32,000 bases of DNA from an uncultured bacterium (GCA_902769585.1 CACXPT010000024.1:12682-44681); one strand, 5' to 3'. Numbered from the stretch's first letter, positions 1-9,000 are shown. Notes: generated by a model not told the origin, from the letters alone. Translations and numbers: made by a program.

Positions 1-2
1 GG

Positions 3-140
3 CATCACGATGTGCTGGCGCTGTGGATACCTGATACGCCGGAGTCGCCTACCGTGTGCGCCACGCGGGCGATGGCCGCGCGGCTCAAGGACGTGGAATA
101 TCCGTTGCGGTTGGTGGCGGACGGCAAGGTGGAGAAGTGA
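3..140 (+). CDS. C-terminal fragment of an upstream protein of unknown function (reads ...HHDVLALWIPDTPESPTVCATRAMAARLKDVEYPLRLVADGKVEK*)
   Basis: Open frame from the window edge to TGA at 138-140, immediately followed by GGAG and the next start codon. Confidence 0.5.
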   Translation, partial: HHDVLALWIPDTPESPTVCATRAMAARLKDVEYPLRLVADGKVEK

Positions 141-151
141 GGAGCTTGCGA

Positions 152-1021
152 ATGGTCAGCTGTGAAAACTTGGCGGCCCGTGCCAGCATGATGCGGACGA
201 TCCGCGCCTTCTTCGATTCGCGTGGATTCGTGGAGGTGGAGACTCCGGTGCGGATACCCGCTCCCGCGCCGGAACCGCACATAGATTGTCCGGCGAGCGG
301 AGATTGGTTCCTGCGCGCTTCGCCGGAGCTGCAGATGAAGCGTCTGCTCGCCGCCGGGCTTCCGCGCATCTACCAGATCGGACCATGCTTCCGAGAAGGC
401 GAGAGGGGAAGACGCCATGCGCCGGAGTTCACCATGCTCGAATGGTACCGCGCGGAGGCTGGGTACATGGAGATAGCGCGCGACATGGAGGAGCTTGTGG
501 GCGAGGTCCTGCAAGCGCGCTGGGGCGCGTCGGGGCCGCAGCCGTTCGCGTGGATCACGGTCCGCGAGGCGTATCGGCGGTGGGCGGGCTGGGATCCGGT
601 AGAGGAATGGGACCAGGACCGCTTCGACTTCGACATGGCCACCAAGATAGAACCGAATCTTCCGAAGGAGCCGCTGTTCCTTGCAGACTATCCCGCGCCT
701 GCCGCGTCGCTCTCGAAGCTGAAGGAGGGTGATCCGCGAGTGGCGGAACGCTGGGAACTGTACGTCGACGGAATGGAGCTCGCGAACGCGTTCACTGAGC
801 TGACGGATGCCGCCGAGCAGCGGCGGCGCTTCGAGGCCGCGCGCGAGGAGAGGCGTGCCCTCGGCGAGGCCGACTATCCGCTCGACGAGGAATTCCTCGC
901 GGATCTGCAGCGCATGCCGCCAGCCGGCGGCGTGGCGCTTGGGGTGGACCGTCTCGCGATGCTCGCGTGCGGGGCTGCCTCCATCGACGAGGTCAGGGAT
1001 ATGATATACTACCGCAAATGA
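152..1021 (+). CDS. epmA: EF-P (R)-beta-lysine ligase EpmA-like (truncated class II lysyl-tRNA synthetase homolog)
   Basis: Translation contains class II aaRS motifs: MRTIRAFFDSRGFVEVETPV, YQIGPCFREGERGRRHAPEFTMLEWYRA, and a motif-3-like GGVALGVDRLAML. There is no anticodon-binding domain. ATG at 152 follows GGAG; the ORF-track start at 56 overlaps the upstream CDS. Confidence 0.85.
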   Translation: MVSCENLAARASMMRTIRAFFDSRGFVEVETPVRIPAPAPEPHIDCPASGDWFLRASPELQMKRLLAAGLPRIYQIGPCFREGERGRRHAPEFTMLEWYRAEAGYMEIARDMEELVGEVLQARWGASGPQPFAWITVREAYRRWAGWDPVEEWDQDRFDFDMATKIEPNLPKEPLFLADYPAPAASLSKLKEGDPRVAERWELYVDGMELANAFTELTDAAEQRRRFEAAREERRALGEADYPLDEEFLADLQRMPPAGGVALGVDRLAMLACGAASIDEVRDMIYYRK

Positions 1022-1053
1022 CAAGAATCTTTCTTGAAGGAGCTTTATAAAAA

Positions 1054-2790
1054 ATGAACTTGCGTAGCAAATGGGAATTCGGAGAGGCGCGCGAGTGCCG
1101 CCGCGGTCTGCTGTGCGGCATGGGCATCAGTCCGGAGGAGCAGGCGCGTCCGCTCATCGGCATCGTCAACAGCTGGAACGAGTACAACCCCGGCCACGTG
1201 CATTTGAAGGCGCTCGCGGAGCGCGTGAAGCAGGGCGTGCGCGACGCGGGCGGCTTCCCCGTGGAGGTGATGACCACCGGCATCTGCGACGGCATGGTGC
1301 TGAAGGACCCGAAGTACGTGGAGATCCCCTCGCGCAACTCGATCGCCGACCAGGTGGAGATCACCGCCGAGGGCAACTTCTTCGACGGCATGGTGATGCT
1401 CTCTACGTGCGACTCCATCGTGCCCGGACACCTGATGGCGGCGGCGCGGCTCGACATCCCGACCGTGGTGGTGACGGGCGGCTACATGCCGCTCGGCACG
1501 TTCCGCGGACGCGAGGTGCTGCACATTCACGCGCAGGACAAGGTAGGCACGATGAAGGCCGGGAAGATCGACCCAGACGAGTACAACGGCCTCATCGAGC
1601 ACTCCTGGGGCACGTGCGGCGGGTGCACCTCGATGACGACGGCCAACTCCATGTGCATGGTTGCCGAGGCGCTCGGAATGTCGCTCCCCGGCAACTCCAC
1701 CGTGAGCGCCGTCTCGAGCGAGCTCGCCCTCATCGCTTACCGCGCCGGCGAGCGCGTGATGGCGCTCGTGAAGGATGGGATCACGGCGCGGAAGATCATC
1801 ACGCCCGCCTCGATCCGCAACGCGATCAAGATGGACATGGCGGTGGCGGCGAGCTCGAACCTCATCCTCCACATCCCGGCCATCGCGCACGAGGCCGGCT
1901 ACGACGAGCCGTGGTGGAAGTACTTCGACGAGGCGTCGAACGAGATCCCGCTCCTCGCGCACCTCGCGCCGAGCGGTCCGTACAATTTGCATGATCTCGA
2001 CCTCGCGGGCGGGCTGCCGGCCGTGTTGAAGGAACTGCTGCCGAAGCTCGACGGCGACTGCCTCACTGTGACCGGCAAGACCCTCGCCGAGAACGTTGCG
2101 GGTGCGCGGCGGTACCCGATTTCCGGCGCGGGGCGCGCCGGAAACGTTTGCGGTGCCGCTGGGGACAACGTTTGCGGCGCGCCCCGCGCCGCATCAGAGA
2201 ATGTGATCCACACGCTGGCGGAGCCGGTGATGCGCAAGCCAGGCATCGGCGTCCTCTACGGCAACCTCGCGCCGGAGGGGGCGATCATCAAGATCGCCGC
2301 CGTGCCCGAGCACCTTTTCACGTTCACGGGTCCCGCGCGCGTGTTCGACTCGCTCCATGCCGCGCTCGACGCGCTGCGCGCGGGCGAGGTGAAACCGGGC
2401 GACGCGTGCGTGCTGCGCTTCATGGGACTCAAGGGACGCTTCGGCACGACGGCGTTCACGTTCCAGGAGGAGCTGAAGGGGCACGCCGAGCTGTACAACT
2501 CCTGCGCCGTGATCACGGACGGACGCTTCTCGGGCGGCACTTCGGGCCTCTCGGTGGGATACGTCTCGCCCGAAGCCGCGCTGGTGGGTCCGCTCGGCCT
2601 TGTGAAGGACGGCGACACGATCGTGATCGACATCCCGAACCGACGCATCGACATGCAGGTGGACGATGCGGAACTCGCGCGGCGCAAGGCGTCGTTCAGC
2701 TGGACGTTCGACGAATCGGCCTATCCGCGCTACCTGCGCCTCTTCGTGAAGAACGTCGGGTCGATGGCCCACGGCGGAATCTGGGAATAG
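1054..2790 (+). CDS. ilvD: Dihydroxy-acid dehydratase, carrying an in-frame palindromic peptide insert
   Basis: Family motifs: [81 protein letters not shown]-like [13 protein letters not shown] lies upstream of the ATG. Confidence 0.96.
   Translation: MNLRSKWEFGEARECRRGLLCGMGISPEEQARPLIGIVNSWNEYNPGHVHLKALAERVKQGVRDAGGFPVEVMTTGICDGMVLKDPKYVEIPSRNSIADQVEITAEGNFFDGMVMLSTCDSIVPGHLMAAARLDIPTVVVTGGYMPLGTFRGREVLHIHAQDKVGTMKAGKIDPDEYNGLIEHSWGTCGGCTSMTTANSMCMVAEALGMSLPGNSTVSAVSSELALIAYRAGERVMALVKDGITARKIITPASIRNAIKMDMAVAASSNLILHIPAIAHEAGYDEPWWKYFDEASNEIPLLAHLAPSGPYNLHDLDLAGGLPAVLKELLPKLDGDCLTVTGKTLAENVAGARRYPISGAGRAGNVCGAAGDNVCGAPRAASENVIHTLAEPVMRKPGIGVLYGNLAPEGAIIKIAAVPEHLFTFTGPARVFDSLHAALDALRAGEVKPGDACVLRFMGLKGRFGTTAFTFQEELKGHAELYNSCAVITDGRFSGGTSGLSVGYVSPEAALVGPLGLVKDGDTIVIDIPNRRIDMQVDDAELARRKASFSWTFDESAYPRYLRLFVKNVGSMAHGGIWE
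2123..2192 (+). repeat. Composite copy of the GC-rich double-hairpin palindrome inside ilvD
   Basis: HP1 ccggcgcg-ggg-cgcgccgg (2123-2141) is followed by aaacgttt, gcggtgccgctggggac, aacgttt, then HP2 gcggcgcg-ccc-cgcgccgc (2174-2192). The 15-nt arms 2125-2139 and 2176-2190 are perfect reverse complements. Encodes [23 protein letters not shown]. Confidence 0.9.
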
Positions 2791-2837
2791 AGAAGAGTGG
2801 ATAGTGAAGAGTGAATAGGTAAAAAGAAGAACGAGAG

Positions 2838-4090
2838 ATGATGAACACAAGAAGGCAGTTTCTGCAGTTTGCGGGTGGGGGATTTGCGGCCGCATGGGCG
2901 ACATTTCATGCGCGGGCGCTCGCCGACGTGGCGGCGCCGCGTCCGCCGCTGCGCCTCGGCGTGGTGAGCGACATCCACATCCGCAACAACGGCAAGACGG
3001 AGAACGGCTACGTCGCCGGCTCCACCGGCACGTTCCGCGCCGCCCTGGAGTATTTCCGCGAGCGCCGCGTGGACGCCGTGGTGATCGCCGGCGACATGGC
3101 CGACACCGGAAAGATGTCCGAGCTGGACCGCGTGGGACAGGTCTGGCGCGAGGTGTTCCCCGACTGCAAAGGGTTGGACGGCGCGCGCGTGGAGCCGATC
3201 TTCGTGTACGGCAACCACGACCGCCTCGCGTGGAAGTGGCCCCTGCGGGGGGCGGCCGCCAAGGATCCCGAGAAGGTCGCATACGAGAAGGACATCCCGG
3301 CATACGCCGCCGCGCACGCGGCCGAGCTCGACCTGCACGGGCCGCGTCCGTTCTTCTGCGTGCAGCACCCGCATCCGAAGGGGACGCTCTTCAGCTACTG
3401 GGGCAAGGGGGCCTCACCGACGACCGTTCCGTGTGGCAGGGCGCGTTCACGGCCGTCAACACGTGCACGCTACTGCAGATCTCGACGCCCTACGGCGGCG
3501 AGTGGCAGTGCGTGAATTCGCGCCGCAAGGACACGAGCCAGGCCCGTCACATGGGTGCGACGAGCCGCAAGGGACGTCAGGGCATGGTGATGGACGTGTG
3601 GCCCGACCGGCTGGAGATCGAGCGGCGCGAGTTCGCGCTCGGCGAGGTGGCGGGGCCAGTGCGTACGGTGCCGGTACCAGCAAATCCGGCGAATCCCGTC
3701 TATGGCTACGCCGCGCAGGCCGCGCGGACCAGTGCGCCGAAGTTCCCTGTGGGCGCGGCGGTGTCTGTGACGCGTCAGCGTGGTCAGAACACGAAGAAGG
3801 AGATGGAGGACCAGATCGTGGTCGAGTTCCCCTCCGCGTGCGCCGGCGGCGAGAAAGGCCGCGTGCTGCTCTATGAAATCCGTGCGCTCGTGGAAGAACG
3901 CGAGGTGGGCATGTGGAGGCTGGCGCAGGAACTCCACTTCCATCCGCTTGGGCGCGTGCCGACGTCCTCGCGCCTGGTGATCGGCGCAGACGAGGTGCCT
4001 GCGGGCGCGGTGACGTTCCGCGTGACGCCAGTCGGGTTCTTCCACAAAGGCGAACCGATCAAAGGCACGTTGCAGGCGAAGCGATCGTGA
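2838..4090 (+). pseudogene. Calcineurin-like metallophosphoesterase with N-terminal signal, apparent single-base frameshift near 3407-3411
   Basis: Frame 1 (2838..3515) encodes RLGVVSDIHIRNN, VVIAGDMADTG, VYGNHDRLAW. After the G5 run at 3407-3411 the sensible protein continues in another frame (GLTDDRSVWQGAFTAVNTCTLLQISTPYGGEW...) to TGA 4088-4090. One extra G would restore the frame. Confidence 0.7.
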
Positions 4091-6069
4091 GTGACGTGTT
4101 GGTCATCGGCGGCGGACTGGCCGGGTGGCGCGCGGCGGAGGCCGCCGTGGCGTCGGGTTGTTCCGTGACGCTGGTCGCCAACGGGTCGGGCAATTCGCCG
4201 GAGATCCACGCGCTCAATGTGCCGGTGGGGCCGGGCGACTCGGTGGAGCTGTTCGTCGAGGACACACTGAAGAGCGGTGGCGGCTCGTGCGATCCAGCGC
4301 TGGTGGAGGTGCTGTGCCGCGAGTCGGTGAAGCTGGCGGACGAGTTTCCGTTCGACCGCAACGCCGACGGATCGTACAAGATGATCCAGCCGCTTGGCTG
4401 CAGCGTGCCGCGTTGCGTCTCGATCGACCACAAGATCGGCGCGTGGGCGCTTGCAAAGATCAAGCGCGCACTCGTCGGGAAGGTCGAGGTGGTGGAAGGG
4501 CGCGTGACCGGGCTGGAGGCGGGAGGAACCGGCGCGGGGCGCGCCGGTAACGTTTGCGGCGCGCCTCGCGCCGCAATTTCACCTCCGCATCCGTTCTTCC
4601 CGGGTCGAGATTATTTCATGCTTTCCCTTGTCAATGTCTCGCGGGGTGAACATGTCGACTATTGGGAACTTCCAAATTGCGTTTATCACGTATGTTTTCG
4701 CCTCGCCGATTCCGTCGCTGTGTCCGTAAGGCGCGCATGGTCAGACGAACGCGAGGAGTTGGAAGCTCGTCGACGTGGGGAAGGGCCTCCGCTAAGCGAG
4801 GAAGAGTATCGTTCGCTTTTGGGATTACTGTCAGAGAAGATCGGGAGTTACCTCGATGCAGGGAATGGCTCATGCCTTTTGGCTCGGACTGGGATTGCAG
4901 ATTGGTTGCGTGATGCGATTTTCAACGATGATGGTTTAAGGTATGTCATTCACGCCGTTGGGATCATGCCAAACCATGTGCATGTCATCGTCCAGCCGTT
5001 GGAAGGCTTTCGCTTGCGGGAGATCGTCCGGCAGTGGAAGGGGATTAGTGCACACGCAATCAACAAGGTGTTGGGGCGCTCCGGGAAGGTCTGGATGGGC
5101 GATTTTTACAATCGGATCATTCGCGATGCCGATGAATATGCCAATCAGGTGGAATACGTGTTTGGGAATGACATGGTCTCGGCGTGGAAGAGGTCCGATC
5201 CGGCGCGGGGCGCGCCGGAAACGTGTGGGGTGGTGCCGGCGCGGGGCGCGCCGGAAACGTGTGGGGTGGTGCCGGCGCGGGGCGCGCCGGGAACGTTTGC
5301 GGCGCGCCTCGCGCCGCAAAAGGGAGCGGCGGAACGTTGCCTTTTTGCTCGTGCCGTTGTGTTGGCGACGGGCGGATGGTGTGGGAAGTACGCCTTCAGC
5401 GACAATCCGCCGGAACTGCGCGGGGATGGCATCGCGCTCGCGCAGTCGCTCGGCGCGGCGGTGCGCGACCTGGACGCCGTGCAGTACGAACCGACCGTCG
5501 CGCTCGCGCCGGCGCGATTGCGCGGCATCCCCGTGATCACCACGATGCTCCACGAGGGTGCGACCTTTCGCAATTGCTTCGGCAAGGAATTCCTGCCGGA
5601 CAAGCACGCCAACAAGGACGCGATCTCGCGGGCGATCCGCAGTGAGATCGAGGCTGGACGTGGTGTTCCGGCGCGGGGCGCGCCGGAAACGTGTGTGGGG
5701 AAGCCGGCGCGGGGCGCGCCGGAAACGTGCGGTGTCTGGTACGATGCCACTGGCGTGCCGCGCGAGATTCTCGAAACCCGCTATGCGGACACCGTGCGGC
5801 GCTACGCGGCGTGCGGCGTCGACATCACGCGCGAGCCGATGCTCGTGGCGCCTGCGCCTCACACATCGCTTGGCGGCGTCGTCATCGACGCGCGATGCCG
5901 CGTGCTGCGTGCGGACAGCACGCCCGTCCCCGGCCTCTTCGCCGCCGGCGAGGTGACGGGTGGCGTGCATGGCCGCAACCGCGTGGGCGGCAACGCAGGC
6001 ACGGAAGTTCTTGTGTTCGGTCGAATCGCGGGCGAGTCTGCGGCGCAATACGGGAAGCGGCCTCAATGA
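4087..6069 (+). CDS. FAD-dependent oxidoreductase, fumarate reductase / L-aspartate oxidase-like flavoprotein, interrupted in frame by a RAYT mobile unit and a second hairpin array
   Basis: N-terminus VLVIGGGLAGWRAAEAAVASG (Rossmann GxGxxG-type), PEIHALNVPVGPGDSVELFVEDTL. C-terminus ARAVVLATGGW, PHTSLGGVVIDARCRVL, PGLFAAGEVTGGVHGRNRVGGNAGTEVLVFGRIAG. The frame is open across all inserts. GTG start at 4087 overlaps the upstream stop. Confidence 0.85.
   Translation: MSDVLVIGGGLAGWRAAEAAVASGCSVTLVANGSGNSPEIHALNVPVGPGDSVELFVEDTLKSGGGSCDPALVEVLCRESVKLADEFPFDRNADGSYKMIQPLGCSVPRCVSIDHKIGAWALAKIKRALVGKVEVVEGRVTGLEAGGTGAGRAGNVCGAPRAAISPPHPFFPGRDYFMLSLVNVSRGEHVDYWELPNCVYHVCFRLADSVAVSVRRAWSDEREELEARRRGEGPPLSEEEYRSLLGLLSEKIGSYLDAGNGSCLLARTGIADWLRDAIFNDDGLRYVIHAVGIMPNHVHVIVQPLEGFRLREIVRQWKGISAHAINKVLGRSGKVWMGDFYNRIIRDADEYANQVEYVFGNDMVSAWKRSDPARGAPETCGVVPARGAPETCGVVPARGAPGTFAARLAPQKGAAERCLFARAVVLATGGWCGKYAFSDNPPELRGDGIALAQSLGAAVRDLDAVQYEPTVALAPARLRGIPVITTMLHEGATFRNCFGKEFLPDKHANKDAISRAIRSEIEAGRGVPARGAPETCVGKPARGAPETCGVWYDATGVPREILETRYADTVRRYAACGVDITREPMLVAPAPHTSLGGVVIDARCRVLRADSTPVPGLFAAGEVTGGVHGRNRVGGNAGTEVLVFGRIAGESAAQYGKRPQ
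4529..4574 (+). repeat. 46-bp double-hairpin palindrome, left boundary of the RAYT unit
   Basis: ccggcgcggggcgcgccgg-taacgttt-gcggcgcgcctcgcgccgc. Each 19-nt half has a perfect 8-bp stem and 3-nt loop, and the two halves are near inverse copies. Confidence 0.9.
4618..5199 (+). CDS. REP-associated tyrosine transposase (Y1_Tnp / TnpA_REP-like) domain, no stop codon of its own, fused in frame to the host flavoprotein
   Basis: MLSLVNVSRGEHVDYWELPNCVYHVCFRL...YVIHAVGIMPNHVHVIVQP (HVH variant of HUH) ...LREIVRQWKGISAHAINKVLGRSGKVWMGDFYNRIIRDADEYANQVEYVFGNDMVSAW (candidate catalytic Tyr in VEYVFGND, matching the RAYT VEYIxxNPVxAG block). Confidence 0.8.
5200..5271 (+). repeat. Two identical tandem 36-bp hairpin units
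   Basis: ccggcgcggggcgcgccggaaacgtgtggggtggtg repeated at 5200-5235 and 5236-5271. Each encodes 12 codons ([12 protein letters not shown]). Confidence 0.92.
5272..5317 (+). repeat. 46-bp double-hairpin palindrome, right boundary of the RAYT unit
   Basis: ccggcgcggggcgcgccgg-gaacgttt-gcggcgcgcctcgcgccgc. Differs from the left copy only at the first spacer base. Confidence 0.92.
5668..5739 (+). repeat. Second hairpin array: two HP1 hairpins with 36-bp period in the flavoprotein gene
   Basis: HP1 at 5668-5686 and 5704-5722. Encodes [24 protein letters not shown] in frame. Confidence 0.88.
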
Positions 6070-9000
6070 AGACGGCGAATCAGTTCGCGTAGTCGCTGGA
6101 AGATGGCGTAGAGGCCGGGGGTGAAGCAGATGCCTACGAAGGTGGCGGCGAGCATTCCCGAGAAGGTGGAGATGCCGATCGCCTTCTGCGAGCCCGCGCC
6201 TGCGCCTGAGGCGAGGACGAGCGGCAGGACGCCGCAGAGGAAGCTCCATGCCGTCATCTGCACGGCGCGGAAGCGGAGGTCCGCGCCCTTCATCGCGGCG
6301 TCCGTCACGGATAGGCCCGTATCGCGCTGCTGCTTGGCGAACTCGACCATGAGGATCGCGTTCTTTGCGGAGAGGCCGATCAGCATCACCATGCCGAGCT
6401 GCGCGTAGATGCTCATCGGCGTGCCTGTGACCCATAGCCCCACGTACGCGCCGCCGAGCGCGAAGAGGATGGAGCACATCACGGAGAGCGGTACGGTCCA
6501 GCTTTCGTACTGCGCCACCAGGAAGAGGTAGGCGAAGAGCGCCGCCATGCCCATCAGGAATCCGAGCCGGCCCTCGTTCTCCTTCTCCTGTCTACTCATC
6601 TCGCTCCACTCTATGTGGTATCCCTCTGGCGGCGTAAGCTTCTCGATGGCCTTTATGAGAGTGAGCCCTGCGACTCCAGGTGCGGCCTGCGCATTGAGGC
6701 TTGCGGACGGCATCTTGTCGAAGCGCGTCACCTGCTTGGGGCCGACCTCGTAGGTGATGTTCGCGATGGCCGAGAGCGGTACGGACGCGCCGCTCGCTGT
6801 CGTAACATGGAGGTCCGCGACATCCTCCACCGAAGCGCGGTACGAGCCGGCAGACTGCACGATCACCTCGTACGCGCTACCGCCGAGCGTGAAGTCGTTC
6901 ACGTACACGCTCGCGAGCTTGTTCTGGAGCATGGCGAAGACTGCGCTTGGCGAGACGCCGAGGATCTCGGCCTTCCTGCGGTCGAGGGTAAGGCGTAGCT
7001 GTGGGGTGTCCGCGCGGAAGGTGTTCATCACCATGGCCGCCTCTGGAAGGGCGGAGACCTGACGAGCGAACTTCTCGGCGGTTGCGGCAAGTTCGGCGCT
7101 CGTGGCACCTGCGTCGGAGCAGAGGTTGAAGCCCACGCCGCCCACGCGGCCGAGACCCATGATGGGGGGTGATGTGAAGCAGCGGATGCGCGCGGCGTGG
7201 ACGTCCGCCGTGCGGCGCATGATCTCGGCGATGATCGCCTTGACGGACTTGTCGGGCGTGCGGCGCATGTCCCAGTGGTCCAGCGCCACCATGCCCTGTC
7301 CACAGTTCTCGCCGGAGCCTGACATGGCGCCAGAGCCAGACATGAGCATGATGCCGGCGATTCCGGGGATGTCCTTGATGCGCGCCTGGATGTCCTCCAG
7401 CACCTGGTTGGTGCGCTTGAGTGTTGCGCCCTGGGCGAGTTCGATGTCGATGGTGATGTTGCCCTTGTCCTCGTCCGGCAGCAGCGTCTCCTTCACCATG
7501 TCCTTCGCGAACCACACGCCGGCGCATGCGGCGGCGAAGAGAAGCGCCGTCACGATGCCGCGCCGCACGAGCAGTCCTGCGACCGCGAGGTATACCTTGC
7601 GGGAGCCGTCGATCGCGATGTTGACGGGCGCGAACAGACGGGATGGCTTGCCGGGCTTGCGCAGGAGGAGCGAGCAGAGTACTGGGGAGAGGGTGAGCGC
7701 CACGCATGTGGAGAGCGAGAGGGCCACGCACATCGTGAACGCGAACTGGATGTACATCTTGCCGACCATGCCGCCGTAGAAGACGAGCGGGATGTAGCAG
7801 GCTATGGTCACGAGCGTGGTGGCGATGACGGCGCTGGTGATCTGGCGCATGGACTTCTTTGCGGCCTCCTTCGCGGAAAGCCCTTCCGTAGCCATGAGGG
7901 TCTGGGTGTTCTCCACCACTACGATGGCGTCGTCCACGAGCGAGCCAATCACGAGGATGAGACCGAACATCGTGAGGATGTTGATCGTGTAGCCGAACGC
8001 CCACACGAAGATGAAAGTTGCGAGCAGCGATACCGGGATGGCGGCGGCAGGGACGATGGTGGCGCGCCAGTCCTGCAGGAAGAGCCAGGTGATCAGCACG
8101 ACGAGGCCGAGTGCCATGAAGAGGGTGGAGACGATCGCCTTCATGAAGACGAGCGTGAACGCGGTCGCGTCGTGCACGGTCTCCATCTCCACGCCTGCGG
8201 GGAGGCGCTTGTCCCATTCAGCCAGCTCAGCCTTCACGCGCTTGACCACGGCGAGGGCATTCGCCTCTGGCGTCTTGTACACGGAGAGGACGATCGCCTC
8301 CTTGCCGTTCATGAGCGACTTGCCGGAATAGCTCTTCGAGCCGAGCTCGATGCGCGCCACGTCGCCGAGCAGCACCTGTCCGCCGGTGGCTGGGTCGCTG
8401 CGGACGACAATGTCGGCGAACTCGTCGGCGGATTTCAGCCGGCCTTCGGCGTTGAGCTTGTAGGAGAGGTAGCGGCTCGCGTACTCGCTGCCGACCGTGC
8501 CGGCGGCGGCCTGGACGTTCTGCTTCTCGATGGCGGAGGAGACATCGGTGATAGAGAGGTTGAGCGAGGCCATGCGCACTGGGTCGAGCCAGATGCGCAT
8601 CGCGTACTCGCGCGAGGCCATCACTTCTGCGACGGAGACGCCATCGAGGCGCATGACCGCTTCCTTTATGTTCTTCTCCACGTAGTCGCCGAGCTGCTGG
8701 AGGGACTGCTTGGTGCCGTCCGTGGTGAAGGCCCAGAGGGCGAGCATGTCCGAGTTGCGCTTCTGGACGGAGATGCCCTGTTGCTTGACGGTGGAGGGGA
8801 GCTTGCGCTCGGCGCGCTTCACGGCGTTCTGTAGGTTGACGAGCGCCATGTCGGTGTCGGCGCCGCTCTTGAACGTGACGGAGCAGGAGTAGCTGCCGTT
8901 GTTGTCGCAGGAAGACGAGTAGTAGAGGAGGTTCTCCACGCCGTTGATCTGGTCCTCCACGGGGATGGCGATGGAATCGGCGACGACCTGCGCGCTAGCG

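Larger units (their letters stand above)
4529..5317 (+). mobile_element. RAYT mobile unit: full palindrome, REP-associated tyrosine transposase, two hairpin units, full palindrome, inserted in frame in the flavoprotein gene
   Basis: Bounded by 46-bp double-hairpin palindromes at 4529-4574 and 5272-5317. The outer ends span 789 bp = 263 codons. The internal protein has a Y1-transposase signature. Confidence 0.8.

Noticed and set aside
5-1024. Long minus-strand ORF (339 aa) opposite the EpmA-like gene
   Set aside because: Arg/Pro/His-rich composition typical of antisense frames in high-GC DNA. The sense strand has a clear aaRS-like protein.
2791-2836. Purine-rich degenerate repeat (agaagagtggatagtgaagagtgaataggtaaaaag) between ilvD and the phosphoesterase gene
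   Set aside because: Only loosely periodic. Could be a remnant simple repeat but is too short and degenerate to call a specific element.
4529-5317. Possible intein in the flavoprotein
   Set aside because: No intein splicing motifs (N-terminal Cys/Ser block, C-terminal HN-Cys/Ser/Thr) are visible at the boundaries, and the insert is a Y1-type transposase with palindromic ends rather than a HINT domain.
5200-5722. Possible CRISPR array from regularly spaced 36-bp repeats
   Set aside because: Repeats are contiguous (no unique spacers), self-complementary hairpins inside a coding frame, and no cas genes are present.
6877-8217. 446-aa minus-strand ORF inside the RND permease
   Set aside because: Alternate frame of the permease gene; Arg/His-rich with no membrane segments.
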